From positions 32,001-96,000 of the IMG/VR virus record IMGVR_UViG_3300042507_006854: a stretch of 64,000 nt of DNA. One strand, 5' to 3'. Both the position numbers and the translations under genes were made by a program. Position 1 is the first letter of the stretch; every line of letters starts with the position of its first letter. This DNA is from a virus. The notes under the pieces were generated by a model, which ran no database searches, was not told the DNA's origin, and was given only the letters and a program-made list of their open reading frames with translations. This document shows, piece after piece, positions 19,805 to 29,870 of the stretch.

Positions 19805-19810
19805 GTGTAA
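19805..19810 (+). promoter_or_regulatory. GTGTAA putative late promoter
   Basis: Upstream of the 19838 start, followed by AGGTAAAAGG. Confidence 0.6.
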
Positions 19811-19837
19811 ATATTTGATACAGGTAAAAGGCTTGCA

Positions 19838-22800
19838 ATGAATTACGATAATCTACAAAAATACATAGAAAATCTTTATTTTAATACTCCAGAAACAATT
19901 CATGGGATCTCTTTAGGATATAAAATAAAAGATGGTGTTACAACAGATAAGCTATGTATAAGCTTTTTCGTTCCTAAAAAACTTGAAGCAAAAGACCTCG
20001 AAAATCAATACGTTATTCCAAAATCTATTGTTATTGACGGAACTGAATATTTAACAGACGTTGTTGAGACAAAAATGCCAATAGCAATTGGTTGTTTTAA
20101 TTGGCAAGCGTCTCCACTTCCTTCAGCAATAGTTCCTCACCGCTCTAGACAAAGGCCATTAAAAGGTGGCATTGTTATCTCAAATTATACAGATTTATAT
20201 AATCCTTTAAAAAATTCTATTGTAAAAGGGACTTTAGGGTTAATTTGTGTTGATAAAGATACGGATTCATTTGTTGGGTTAACCAATGCTCACGTAATTA
20301 TTAAAGACCCGTTTATTCCTTCAAATCAAGATGTAAAAGGTTTTTTAAGTAATATTTTGCCAGATAAAAAAATTGTTCAATATACCGAACCAAATATTAA
20401 TACCACAAATGATAATATAGGTAATATTAGAAAATTTTATCCTTTATCTAAAGATGCCTCGAATTATATCGATGCAGCTTTAATTTCTATTAAAGAATTT
20501 GTTGGTAATACATCAACACCTATTTTAAGTCAAACTGAATCCTGGAGACAGTTAGGTTTAAACTATAACAATCCGATGGAATTTGCTTCCACGCAAGAAA
20601 TTGATAGTTTATTAAATACGCCAAGAGAAATTTATTCAGCCGGAAGAACTACTGGACCAAAAGGATCTAACTGTCCTTTGCAAATAACAAATTTACTAAG
20701 TTCTTATAGTATAATATACGAAGAACAAGGAACTCGTGTTTCTGTTCCTTTTTCTAATTGTATTACATTTAAATATCAAGACAATTCTTTATGGTCAACA
20801 GCTCCTGGAGATAGCGGATCTGTTTTAATAGCAAATTTTAACGGCGCCTGGAAAATTATTGGTTTAGTTTTTGCTGGAGATGAGGGCGGAAGTTTCGGCG
20901 TTGCCTGTCGTATCGACACAGTCGCAAATAGATTAAATATTGAACCTTGGCTTAATGGGAATAAGAACTATATTCAAAATTATAAAACAGTATTAAAAAC
21001 TTTTGATGAGGGCGTATCCTTAATGAGTAATAATAATTCTAATTTATGGAATGTTACTCAAACAATTAGCGGAGATAAATATTGGTATGCTGGTTTAGTT
21101 GCAGACTCAAGTAGCTCATCTTCTGGACCTGCAACTTGGGATATTCAAATTCAAATGACTCAACCTAGTCAAAAGTTTTTTATAGATATCAGGGGTGGGA
21201 CGAATCCTAATTTTACTATTGACTGGGGTAATGGTTCTATTCAAACATATAATTCATTAGGTACAAAAGACTCAACGTATCCATTAACTGGCAATTATAT
21301 AGTCAAAATAAATGGTAGTTTTTCTGATAACGGAAATATTGCTATTAATAGTAATAGTTCACCAAATCTTGGAACACCAGTCTCCGCAGCAGTCAAATCA
21401 ACTTCTATAATGCCTTTTATTTCAGGTTTAAAATCTGTTAATGGGCTATTTTTCCAATCTACGAGTTTAACTTCTCTTCCAACTGGATTCTTTGATTTTA
21501 ATCCTCAAATTACTGATTTTTCTTCGGCTTTTTCGTTTTGTTCGTCTTTAAATTCTATACCATCCGGATTATTTAAAAATAATACGAATGCTATAAACTT
21601 TGGTAGTTCAGACACTTATGGTACTTTTAGAAGTACAGCTTTTACAAATGTTCCAAGTAATCTTTTTTATAATAATACGCTAGCTACTAGTTTTGTCGAT
21701 TGTTTTAATGACGTACCTTTAACAACAACTTCATATAGTAATTTATTGATAAACTTGGCATCAAATGCTGCTCAGCGTCCAAATAATGTAGTATTTGACG
21801 CTCGTAGCTCTCGTTATAATTGCAATGCTCAAGCGGCCAAACAGGTGTTGTTAGCGAAAAATTGGTCTGTTAATGATTTAGGGCTAGAAGGTACTTGTAC
21901 TTCTTCCTCGTCCTCGTCTTCTTCCTCGTCCTCGTCTTCTTCTAACAATCCTAATTTAAATACATCCTGTCTTCCATGTTGCCCAAGTTTTACTGGATCT
22001 TGGGCTGGAGGTATCAATGGACTAGGTATACTAAGAAATTGTACTTCGGAACTTTATGTGTGTCCGACTGGATGCTCAATAAAAAATCTTAATACTAATT
22101 TTACTACTACTGCTGGAGATCCAAATCTAATATTTATAAGCACTCTTGACGGGTCGGCGTATAAAAGAGCTTATATTCAGGGAATTGATAGCGGAGCTTC
22201 TTTCACGAATTATACTAATGTTCATAATACTCTTGTTTTATGGGATGGAGAACAAGATGGTACTACTTTCCAAGATGGCGACACAGTAAGATTTAGCGGT
22301 ACGCTTGGATCTCTTGATAATAGAATTATTAAAGGAATTGATTATAAAGTAGCCGTTATTCCCGAGAAATGTGCGCCGCCTTCTAATTATTTAAATAGTC
22401 AAGCTTTAGCAATTCAATGTGAATATAATCCTATTACGGACCCCTCTTGTTTTGATATATGTTCTGGCGGCTTAATTAATTATACAGTTGAAGCTCTTTA
22501 TTTACATACTTATGACCCAGGCAAATTCCCAGAATCGATATCAATATGTAGTGGAACAGAAGTAACCGGAACTAATAGTATTAGAATATTGACACCATAT
22601 TCTCCATCAAATTTTATACCACAAAATGCTCCAGATTTTTCAGGTATTGCTATTTTACCAAGCCTACAAGGATCACCAATAAATGTCGAGATTCAAACAA
22701 TTTTAAAACCAGGGGGAGCGCCTTTAATCGATATATCTAATGATAATATTAATTTTGGGCAAAATACAACTATTACAATTCCAGCAAATCAGTTAAGTGG

Positions 22801-23452
22801 ATTATTCGCTATTAGAATTACTGGGGCATTACCTCCTGACAATCCTAACCTTCCAGGTTTTAACGAGCCAGCAGAAATATTTTTACAGGCGAGTGTTCCT
22901 GGTAGTCCACTTTACAATCCTTCCTTAACTTTATTAACAATACATCCAGGAGAAAGTGGTACGGGAAATGGGGCTCCTTGTGGCGGACCAGGACACGTTT
23001 GTAATAGAGCTTTATTTGACATTATAATTGGAACAGGTCTTGATCCAGTAACTTCTGGGGTTGTCGGGGTTACTGTACTAAATGCTAATTTAAATAATAA
23101 TGGCGGCCCAACAGATCCAGGTCCTGGTCCGGCACCATATAATGGTCAATATGATAGATATAGCTCTGGAATTATTACAGAGCAAATGGCTCAACAAATT
23201 TTTGGCGCTTCATATAATGACGGTTTAGATAAATCTTATTTTGTAGAAATTAGAACTGGCGTGGGAAATACTAATCCTCACAATGGTATTACGAATGTAA
23301 GAATTAGAGATTGCTCTGGCGCTTTAGTTTATAATTGTTGTTTATCTATCGGTGGTGGTTCAACTGTCCCTCCTCCATTACCAACGCCTTCTACGACTTC
23401 ATCGGCAGCTTTTGACGAAATTCTATCCTCTTTAATAGATGATGTGATATAA
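19838..23452 (+). CDS. Trypsin-like (Nal1-like) serine protease fused to BspA/DUF285-like LRRs, poly-Ser and a Cys-rich domain
   Basis: GTLG, LTNAHV (His), IDAAL (Asp), GRTTG, PGDSGS (Ser), GLVFAG. LRR units LTSLPTGFF, LNSIPSGLF, FTNVPSNLF. Confidence 0.8.
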   Translation: MNYDNLQKYIENLYFNTPETIHGISLGYKIKDGVTTDKLCISFFVPKKLEAKDLENQYVIPKSIVIDGTEYLTDVVETKMPIAIGCFNWQASPLPSAIVPHRSRQRPLKGGIVISNYTDLYNPLKNSIVKGTLGLICVDKDTDSFVGLTNAHVIIKDPFIPSNQDVKGFLSNILPDKKIVQYTEPNINTTNDNIGNIRKFYPLSKDASNYIDAALISIKEFVGNTSTPILSQTESWRQLGLNYNNPMEFASTQEIDSLLNTPREIYSAGRTTGPKGSNCPLQITNLLSSYSIIYEEQGTRVSVPFSNCITFKYQDNSLWSTAPGDSGSVLIANFNGAWKIIGLVFAGDEGGSFGVACRIDTVANRLNIEPWLNGNKNYIQNYKTVLKTFDEGVSLMSNNNSNLWNVTQTISGDKYWYAGLVADSSSSSSGPATWDIQIQMTQPSQKFFIDIRGGTNPNFTIDWGNGSIQTYNSLGTKDSTYPLTGNYIVKINGSFSDNGNIAINSNSSPNLGTPVSAAVKSTSIMPFISGLKSVNGLFFQSTSLTSLPTGFFDFNPQITDFSSAFSFCSSLNSIPSGLFKNNTNAINFGSSDTYGTFRSTAFTNVPSNLFYNNTLATSFVDCFNDVPLTTTSYSNLLINLASNAAQRPNNVVFDARSSRYNCNAQAAKQVLLAKNWSVNDLGLEGTCTSSSSSSSSSSSSSSNNPNLNTSCLPCCPSFTGSWAGGINGLGILRNCTSELYVCPTGCSIKNLNTNFTTTAGDPNLIFISTLDGSAYKRAYIQGIDSGASFTNYTNVHNTLVLWDGEQDGTTFQDGDTVRFSGTLGSLDNRIIKGIDYKVAVIPEKCAPPSNYLNSQALAIQCEYNPITDPSCFDICSGGLINYTVEALYLHTYDPGKFPESISICSGTEVTGTNSIRILTPYSPSNFIPQNAPDFSGIAILPSLQGSPINVEIQTILKPGGAPLIDISNDNINFGQNTTITIPANQLSGLFAIRITGALPPDNPNLPGFNEPAEIFLQASVPGSPLYNPSLTLLTIHPGESGTGNGAPCGGPGHVCNRALFDIIIGTGLDPVTSGVVGVTVLNANLNNNGGPTDPGPGPAPYNGQYDRYSSGIITEQMAQQIFGASYNDGLDKSYFVEIRTGVGNTNPHNGITNVRIRDCSGALVYNCCLSIGGGSTVPPPLPTPSTTSSAAFDEILSSLIDDVI
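21902..21943 (+). repeat. Poly-Ser linker with 18-bp tandem duplication
   Basis: tcttcctcgtcctcgtct x2; 14 Ser codons in total. Confidence 0.85.
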
Positions 23453-23471
23453 TAATTTTAGGTACAAGGAT

Positions 23472-26400
23472 ATGTCTAACTGTTCTAATTCTTATTCAGT
23501 AAAATTTGAATCCTTTAATGGTTTTAATAGGGCAGTTATATTAAAAGGTACTGGCTTATCAATCAATTATGATTTGGGTTGCGAATGTTTAACGCAAGAT
23601 AAAAATTGCAATATTTTAAATAATCTACCAAATAATATTGAAAAAATATTAGACACTAATTGCGTCAATACTTCTTTTACTGGTAATTTTAGATTTGATC
23701 AAAATGATCTTTATAAATATTTAGTAATTCCAGATTGTAATAACTCTAACCCTAATACTACATGGGATTTTTCGGTTTCTCCAATTTGTTGCAATAATCA
23801 ATATTCAGTTAATTTTTGGTCCTATACCGCGCCAAGTCGATTAGTGATATTAGCAGGTAGCGGACTATTAGTTAATTCAGGATTATTTTGTGATTGTATT
23901 AATAGTGATAAAAATTGTTCAATATTAAATTCTTTACCTTCTGATATTTATAAAGTTTTAGATACAAATTGTATTTTAACAAATCAAACAAATTTCACTC
24001 AAACGATTGATTTACCTTCAAATCTTCCAAATTTTGTTTTAGTTATTCCTGATTGTTTAAATCAAAATGCCAACGCAACTTGGAATTTAAATATAACTCC
24101 ATATTGCGCTCAAGGTGCTGTATGCGCTCCTTGTGAAGTTGCTTCTGGTATTTCCTGCTCTTTTGATTATACTTTTAGTATTTCTCCGCGTAACTCAAAT
24201 ATTGTTTTTGATACTTTTGAAAAAGTAACTTCTTATAAAGACGATCAATTAAATAAAGTAATTGTTGAAACTACAAATGGGTTTAGAGGTTATGAACGAG
24301 ATCTTGGATTCATTGCTGAGCAAGTTGATATTAATCCGTTCTTACCAAGTGGCGTTAAAGGCGTAACATATCCTAATGTCGGTGGAATAAATTTTGAATA
24401 CCCAAGTGATACATTCATAAGGGTAGAAGAAAAAAATCTTCGTCTTAAAGAACATGAATCATGGACAGAAGACTTTTCTTTATTTAATAAATATAGCTAC
24501 AATAATTTATCTCAAGAAGAAGCGGGGGCAGTAATTCCAACTAATGACAATATATCATTGTCTAAAGGTCCTTCAATTTATAATATTGAATATAAAGGTT
24601 ACAAATTTAATTCAAATACAAATGCAAAGTATAAACAAAAATTTGTTATCAAACAATTTCCTGAAAATAATATCGGTGTACCGATAGATTATTCTTTTAA
24701 CTCTGGATGGGCAAGTTATGATGTTACTTCGGGAATGAATTTTAAAAATGCCTTTTCGTATGGTGTTCAAGTCGTAGACAAGTTAACATTTACGGAAGGT
24801 TTTATTATTGAAGGTGAAACTAGAATTACTGGTCGTCAAGATATTATCAATTGGATACGAAGTGGCCTAAATCCAGTATTAAGAACTGGCATAATGAGCG
24901 CTTTTAGTTTCTTGTCTGCTTATTGTTTGGAAGGCCCAGACTGTCCAGAGCCTCCAGAGCAATGTCAAAAAGCTGGAGACGGAGGTGGTTTTGGCGGCGG
25001 ACCAATTTGTCCGATAGAATGTTGGACAGGTTCTAATATTACTGGAGCCGAATATTATAATTGGCTGACTGGCACTTTAAATAAATACCAAGACCAAAAA
25101 GCTTTTTTAAATAGTAATAATGTTTATGGAAAAATTATTACAGGTTCAATTAATGCACCATTTACCTCATTAACAGGGTCTCTTAGATATAATTCTTGGA
25201 TTTCTGGAGATAAATTTAGATTCACTATGTATCCATTTGATTATACTGGACTATATAGAGCTCTGCATCTTGGAAATGATCCTATTTATCCACCATACAA
25301 TGTAGAATTAGTCTACCCAAGAGATTGGACAAATATGTATAATTTTGTAGACAAATTAAACGAAAAATTAAGAGATGTTTCTGCGCCTATTTGGTACCCT
25401 TACCTGTGTTTATCAGGCACGCCTAGTGGTCATTACGTATCCGGTTCTTTGATGGAATTTATGATAAATACTGGTTCCTGTTGTCTACCAACTGGCGATC
25501 TCGATATTATGGATTTTCAAAATTTAATTGACTTTCGTTCTTTAAGAAGTTTACCAGGTTTACCACGAACAGGTCAAGCGATGAAAGATGAAGATTTATG
25601 TTTATCTGAAATAAAATCTGATGGATCTGGTCGTGCCCCATGGTATTTTAATTTAAAATTAGATTTATCTCCTAATGAAAGAAGGCCGTATAACATTTAT
25701 AGTGGCTATAGTTACTTAATTCCTACCTGTATTGAATTTCAAAGATGGGAAAATAATTCTTGGAAAACTGTAGATAAACATTGTAATTTATATAAAGATA
25801 TCACTGGACTAGATCGGACCTGTATTATTAAAGAAGTACCTGATTTAATCGAATCCAATGATGGTTATCTTAATCAGAATTACGCAAGCTCAATTACGGG
25901 CACGAAAACAGAGGAAGAATTACTTTTAGAAATTGAAGGTCAACCTTTCAGTGGTGTTTATAAAACACTTTTGAATTTCAAACAAAAAATCACAGTAAAT
26001 AGCAGGGGTAAATGTCAAGGTTGGGTTGATATTAAAGATATTGATTTTATATGGCCAGATAATTTTCCGACAGGCATTCTAACTAAAAATGGTCAATTAA
26101 GCGGTGTTGATAATAGATACTGGTGTAATCCAGAACAACAAGAAGAAAAAGGACCCCCCTGTGAATGTGAACCGTTGGGTCCCGAGCCGGATTGTGCTTT
26201 ACAAGGGTTTGACTGCATTGCGAAACAAGATAAAGACGAAGAATGCGGATGTCCATATTGGTATTGTGAATGCCCAACAGAAGAGGTTCCGCCTGTCGAA
26301 ATTTGTCAAATAAGAACTGGCTGGAATTTAACAGGTAGCTTTGGTTTAGAAGCAAAGAGTGCCAATTTTGATAAATATAGACTTGTATTTAGTAATTTTA

Positions 26401-27905
26401 GCGGTCAAAATATTGAGCATTATAAACCATTAAATGAATTTTATATTGGAAATATAAATTTATTTAGTATCACCGGAGGGATACCGTTACCACCTTTAAC
26501 AGGAACCGAAAAATGTCCTATTGGAGCTGATTATGTAATTGACGTTTTTGGTAATGTGCCTCTTAGAATTACTGGTGTGCACAATTATTCTATTAATGAG
26601 GGTATGAGCGGTGAATATACTAATTATTTTGAAGTAGTAAGACCAATTCTGCCCGAAGAAAGAAATGTTAAATTTAACAAGGTTAGTGGTATTATTACAA
26701 GTTTCTTCGCAACTGGTTTCTGGAGTAAAACGCTTAGACCTTCAGGCTGGGCTTGTAGAACATTTGATGATTATTTCTTTTATGACCCGAATTCAAAAGA
26801 AATTACTTTTGAGAAGACTTTATGCGCTTACGCATCTGGATTTACAGGGTTGAGTGGTAGTTTTATTGCTCTAAAACAATCTGTTGTTAATAGAGAACTA
26901 TTAGTTGGTGGTAGATTTAATACCCCTATTGCTTTTGTAACCTATACTGGAATAGGTACTTATACTGGATTTATTGATAATGTTACTTATAAAGAATATG
27001 ATGTAGTTGGTTATTATCCAATTACTGGACGCATAACAGGATTTACTAGAAGTGGATTTTTAGATGTTAGTAACACGGTAATAAGCCAGGCACCTGTTAG
27101 CGGTGATACTTATCCTTATTACCCAATTCCTACTGGTTTTATAAATGCTAGTGGTTATATAGAAGTTGATTTTTCTCAGATTAGGAATTTTGATTATTTT
27201 ACTATATATGGAAATAATTTTGTTTATCATTCTAATTCTTCTGAATATCCTTTCCCAAGCTACTTTAATAATATAGATACTTTATATCAAATTGTTAGTG
27301 GTATTGGGTCAGATCTTGGTATAGAGTCTTCGTTAGATGGAAATAAAATATTTATTAAAAGTTTAAGAACGGGAACCTTAGGTAATACTTCAATAACAAC
27401 AACTAATACAGGAGCTTTTAATATATTTGGTATGTCTGGTGGCCAAGACATCTTTCCAAGAATTTATAACTATTATTATGTAATTAATGACGGTTTTATA
27501 TCTGGCATTGAAATAACTCCAATGGTAACTGGAAATATTAATAGATTTATTTTAGCCACTGGATTTTACTATAGTAATTCTGGAACAGGTACTGTTACGG
27601 GTAACATAAGCACATTTACAGGCGTAAGATATTTTACTGGAGTATGGGATATTGCAACTGGAAATATATTTACGCCATTTAGAAGCTTTTTAAGCAATGG
27701 GTGGGTTTCCGGAGATAGTTTTATTAGAGAGAATACTTATAGTCCGAATTATTTACATTATATAAAATTGAGAGCCTTTTATTTAAATCAATTGTCCACA
27801 TTCTTATTCGAGGAATCTGATATTGCTGATTTAATTATTAAAGATGCTAACAATCCAGATATTTCCGGATCTGGGATTATTTTTAGATTAAGTGGAATTA
27901 AATAA
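23472..27905 (+). CDS. Large TG/SG-rich, Cys-rich virion protein with duplicated N-terminal domain
   Basis: 1477 aa; two ~105-aa repeats (YSV.F.S...C.C...DKNC.ILN.LP..I.K.LDTNC...LVIPDC.N.N.N.TW). Confidence 0.55.
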   Translation: MSNCSNSYSVKFESFNGFNRAVILKGTGLSINYDLGCECLTQDKNCNILNNLPNNIEKILDTNCVNTSFTGNFRFDQNDLYKYLVIPDCNNSNPNTTWDFSVSPICCNNQYSVNFWSYTAPSRLVILAGSGLLVNSGLFCDCINSDKNCSILNSLPSDIYKVLDTNCILTNQTNFTQTIDLPSNLPNFVLVIPDCLNQNANATWNLNITPYCAQGAVCAPCEVASGISCSFDYTFSISPRNSNIVFDTFEKVTSYKDDQLNKVIVETTNGFRGYERDLGFIAEQVDINPFLPSGVKGVTYPNVGGINFEYPSDTFIRVEEKNLRLKEHESWTEDFSLFNKYSYNNLSQEEAGAVIPTNDNISLSKGPSIYNIEYKGYKFNSNTNAKYKQKFVIKQFPENNIGVPIDYSFNSGWASYDVTSGMNFKNAFSYGVQVVDKLTFTEGFIIEGETRITGRQDIINWIRSGLNPVLRTGIMSAFSFLSAYCLEGPDCPEPPEQCQKAGDGGGFGGGPICPIECWTGSNITGAEYYNWLTGTLNKYQDQKAFLNSNNVYGKIITGSINAPFTSLTGSLRYNSWISGDKFRFTMYPFDYTGLYRALHLGNDPIYPPYNVELVYPRDWTNMYNFVDKLNEKLRDVSAPIWYPYLCLSGTPSGHYVSGSLMEFMINTGSCCLPTGDLDIMDFQNLIDFRSLRSLPGLPRTGQAMKDEDLCLSEIKSDGSGRAPWYFNLKLDLSPNERRPYNIYSGYSYLIPTCIEFQRWENNSWKTVDKHCNLYKDITGLDRTCIIKEVPDLIESNDGYLNQNYASSITGTKTEEELLLEIEGQPFSGVYKTLLNFKQKITVNSRGKCQGWVDIKDIDFIWPDNFPTGILTKNGQLSGVDNRYWCNPEQQEEKGPPCECEPLGPEPDCALQGFDCIAKQDKDEECGCPYWYCECPTEEVPPVEICQIRTGWNLTGSFGLEAKSANFDKYRLVFSNFSGQNIEHYKPLNEFYIGNINLFSITGGIPLPPLTGTEKCPIGADYVIDVFGNVPLRITGVHNYSINEGMSGEYTNYFEVVRPILPEERNVKFNKVSGIITSFFATGFWSKTLRPSGWACRTFDDYFFYDPNSKEITFEKTLCAYASGFTGLSGSFIALKQSVVNRELLVGGRFNTPIAFVTYTGIGTYTGFIDNVTYKEYDVVGYYPITGRITGFTRSGFLDVSNTVISQAPVSGDTYPYYPIPTGFINASGYIEVDFSQIRNFDYFTIYGNNFVYHSNSSEYPFPSYFNNIDTLYQIVSGIGSDLGIESSLDGNKIFIKSLRTGTLGNTSITTTNTGAFNIFGMSGGQDIFPRIYNYYYVINDGFISGIEITPMVTGNINRFILATGFYYSNSGTGTVTGNISTFTGVRYFTGVWDIATGNIFTPFRSFLSNGWVSGDSFIRENTYSPNYLHYIKLRAFYLNQLSTFLFEESDIADLIIKDANNPDISGSGIIFRLSGIK

Positions 27906-27920
27906 ACATAATTAATAATC

Positions 27921-28598
27921 ATGGACAAAAGTTTATTCTTACCAAGTGAAGATCATCCTTTTAAAATAACCGTATCAAAATCAAAAGATGGATATGTTGG
28001 AGAAGTGGCGGATGGCGTATGTTTTTCTAGTTTTAGTTTTAACACCGGTTCGTTTTTACCTATTGAGAATTTAAACAAAGAATTGCCTTTTGAAAAAGAT
28101 AGTAAATTTTTTATTGAAATAAATTTAACGCGAAATTTGCAACCTTCTGGAAATGCAGTAATAAAATGTGCCCCGGTAGGAACAGAAGACTCTTGGCCTA
28201 ATTATCCAGAGCTATTTGAAATACAGCCAAAAGATGAATATGACGATACTGGAAGGGTTATTAAATATGTTGATGGCAAAAGTCAAACGAAATGTTATGT
28301 TTTAATTGGTTACGCAATGAATGATTCTTCTAAAAATGGAGTGAGCAAAGAAGATAGTGGCGATGGTGGCGATGGTGGCGATGGTGGCGATAGCGGTGGT
28401 GGCGGTGGTAGTGAAGATGAAAGTTCTTCAACTTCTTCGGCTGGGGATCCAAAGGGTATTGTTCAACTACTTAAGCATAATTTTATACTATTAGCCTCTG
28501 TTGTTAGTGGGGTCGCAGTGGTTTTTGCAGCACCTTATTTTGAAGGGCATACTCATGAATTAGCTTGTTTAGATTTCGAAACTAAAAATCCTATATAA
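27921..28598 (+). CDS. Hypothetical protein with GDG repeat linker
   Basis: 225 aa ORF. Confidence 0.55.
   Translation: MDKSLFLPSEDHPFKITVSKSKDGYVGEVADGVCFSSFSFNTGSFLPIENLNKELPFEKDSKFFIEINLTRNLQPSGNAVIKCAPVGTEDSWPNYPELFEIQPKDEYDDTGRVIKYVDGKSQTKCYVLIGYAMNDSSKNGVSKEDSGDGGDGGDGGDSGGGGGSEDESSSTSSAGDPKGIVQLLKHNFILLASVVSGVAVVFAAPYFEGHTHELACLDFETKNPI
28359..28391 (+). repeat. 9-bp tandem repeat (ggcgatggt) x3.7
   Basis: Directly visible; encodes GDG repeats. Confidence 0.9.
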
Positions 28599-28604
28599 AC
28601 AACG

Positions 28605-29654
28605 ATGAGTGGTTTTAATGTTAATTTTTTAGGGGGAGTTGGTTTTCCACGATGGCCAATTCCTTATAATCCAGATAGATTACATAGGCCAAAAAATTTT
28701 AGAGCGCCTATTCAATTTTTTAATAACAGGCCTATACAATTAACTCCAGATCAAATGTTCAGAATGTACTGGACTGTTAAAAGTTTTGAAGTTAATATTA
28801 CCGCTGCTACTTTCTCGATAAGAGATATGTTTTCTGATTTTATGATGGCTGGAGGTACTAGTGGTGGAATTGTTGGTGCTATGACTGGGTTAACAGTAGC
28901 CCTCCAAAATCAGTCATTAGATTATGGAGCTATGGCTGTAAAAGGTCATACAAAAATTATAGGCAAATATGAAAAAAAAATACGTCTTGGTAGAGAGGGT
29001 ATTCATAATGGAATTACAATGCCCGACTCTTATGTAGGAGAAGGTTCCGCTTTAGACATGGATGAAAGTTATGACCCTAATATTTTATTATCTAGAAATT
29101 TTAAACCAAATGAGGGATCAATTTGTTCTTCTGGTCCTATACATTATTTTTCCTCAAGAGAGCAGGGCACTTTAGGTGGTAATTTTATTCTTATAATAGA
29201 CTTTTCTGATATTTTATATTATAGAAGATTTTATTGGCCAGCGGTATATATGTCAGCAGGTTTAACAGGTGGGGCCAGTTTTAGTTATGGTCAAATGCCA
29301 TATGTAGATCTTTCTAATCTTGGGGTTGTTTTAGCTCCAGCTTTCGGTGGTCAAGCTATCGGTGGGATAACTGGAGATTTAGGTTATTTAACTGGGTTTA
29401 GTACAAATCTAAGATTTACTCAAGTTTTAATGGTCGGCGGTAGTATTAGAATTGGTAAAAGATGTTGTGATAGATTTTTATGGGATGGTAAAGATGACAT
29501 ACGAGAATCTGGCGGTGCTACCCCTCCAGACACAGATCCTAATAAAAAGCCCTGTGAAAAAGTTTGTAAGAATGACAAAAAAGAAGGGGTATTTATTGAA
29601 ACAAACTGGCCGCAACAGCAAGCCGCGAAAAAGAAAGAAAAGAAAGAAGCATAA
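28605..29654 (+). CDS. Hypothetical protein (last gene of the structural cluster)
   Basis: 349 aa with Gly-rich hydrophobic segments and a Lys-rich tail. Confidence 0.55.
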   Translation: MSGFNVNFLGGVGFPRWPIPYNPDRLHRPKNFRAPIQFFNNRPIQLTPDQMFRMYWTVKSFEVNITAATFSIRDMFSDFMMAGGTSGGIVGAMTGLTVALQNQSLDYGAMAVKGHTKIIGKYEKKIRLGREGIHNGITMPDSYVGEGSALDMDESYDPNILLSRNFKPNEGSICSSGPIHYFSSREQGTLGGNFILIIDFSDILYYRRFYWPAVYMSAGLTGGASFSYGQMPYVDLSNLGVVLAPAFGGQAIGGITGDLGYLTGFSTNLRFTQVLMVGGSIRIGKRCCDRFLWDGKDDIRESGGATPPDTDPNKKPCEKVCKNDKKEGVFIETNWPQQQAAKKKEKKEA

Positions 29655-29663
29655 ATAAAAAAA

Positions 29664-29870
29664 TTATTTATTTTCGAACAGGCCACAATTTAAGCATTCC
29701 GTCATATCTAATATTTTAATACGTTTTTTATTACAAAAATTGTATGTGCTAGTTTTTTTAGAACATCTGCAACCATGTGTTTGTTGGGATGAAAATTTAC
29801 AATTTTTAAATTTATACGAAGCAATTATAATATTTTCTTTTTGGTTATGAGAAAATTGAAGATTAGACAT
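29664..29870 (-). CDS. Small Cys-rich putative metal-binding protein
   Basis: Six Cys; paralog of 40771..40977; ATG overlaps the upstream stop. Confidence 0.6.
   Translation of the reverse strand: MSNLQFSHNQKENIIIASYKFKNCKFSSQQTHGCRCSKKTSTYNFCNKKRIKILDMTECLNCGLFENK

Noticed and set aside
15280-28410. Gly, Ser and GDG tracts as DGR or CRISPR-like repeats
   Set aside because: They are simple in-frame low-complexity linkers; no reverse transcriptase or TR/VR pair seen.
1-29654. Eukaryotic giant virus origin suggested by Cys-rich and RCC1 proteins
   Set aside because: Sigma factor, sigma70 promoters, DnaB, DnaG, DnaE and coupled operons indicate a bacteriophage.
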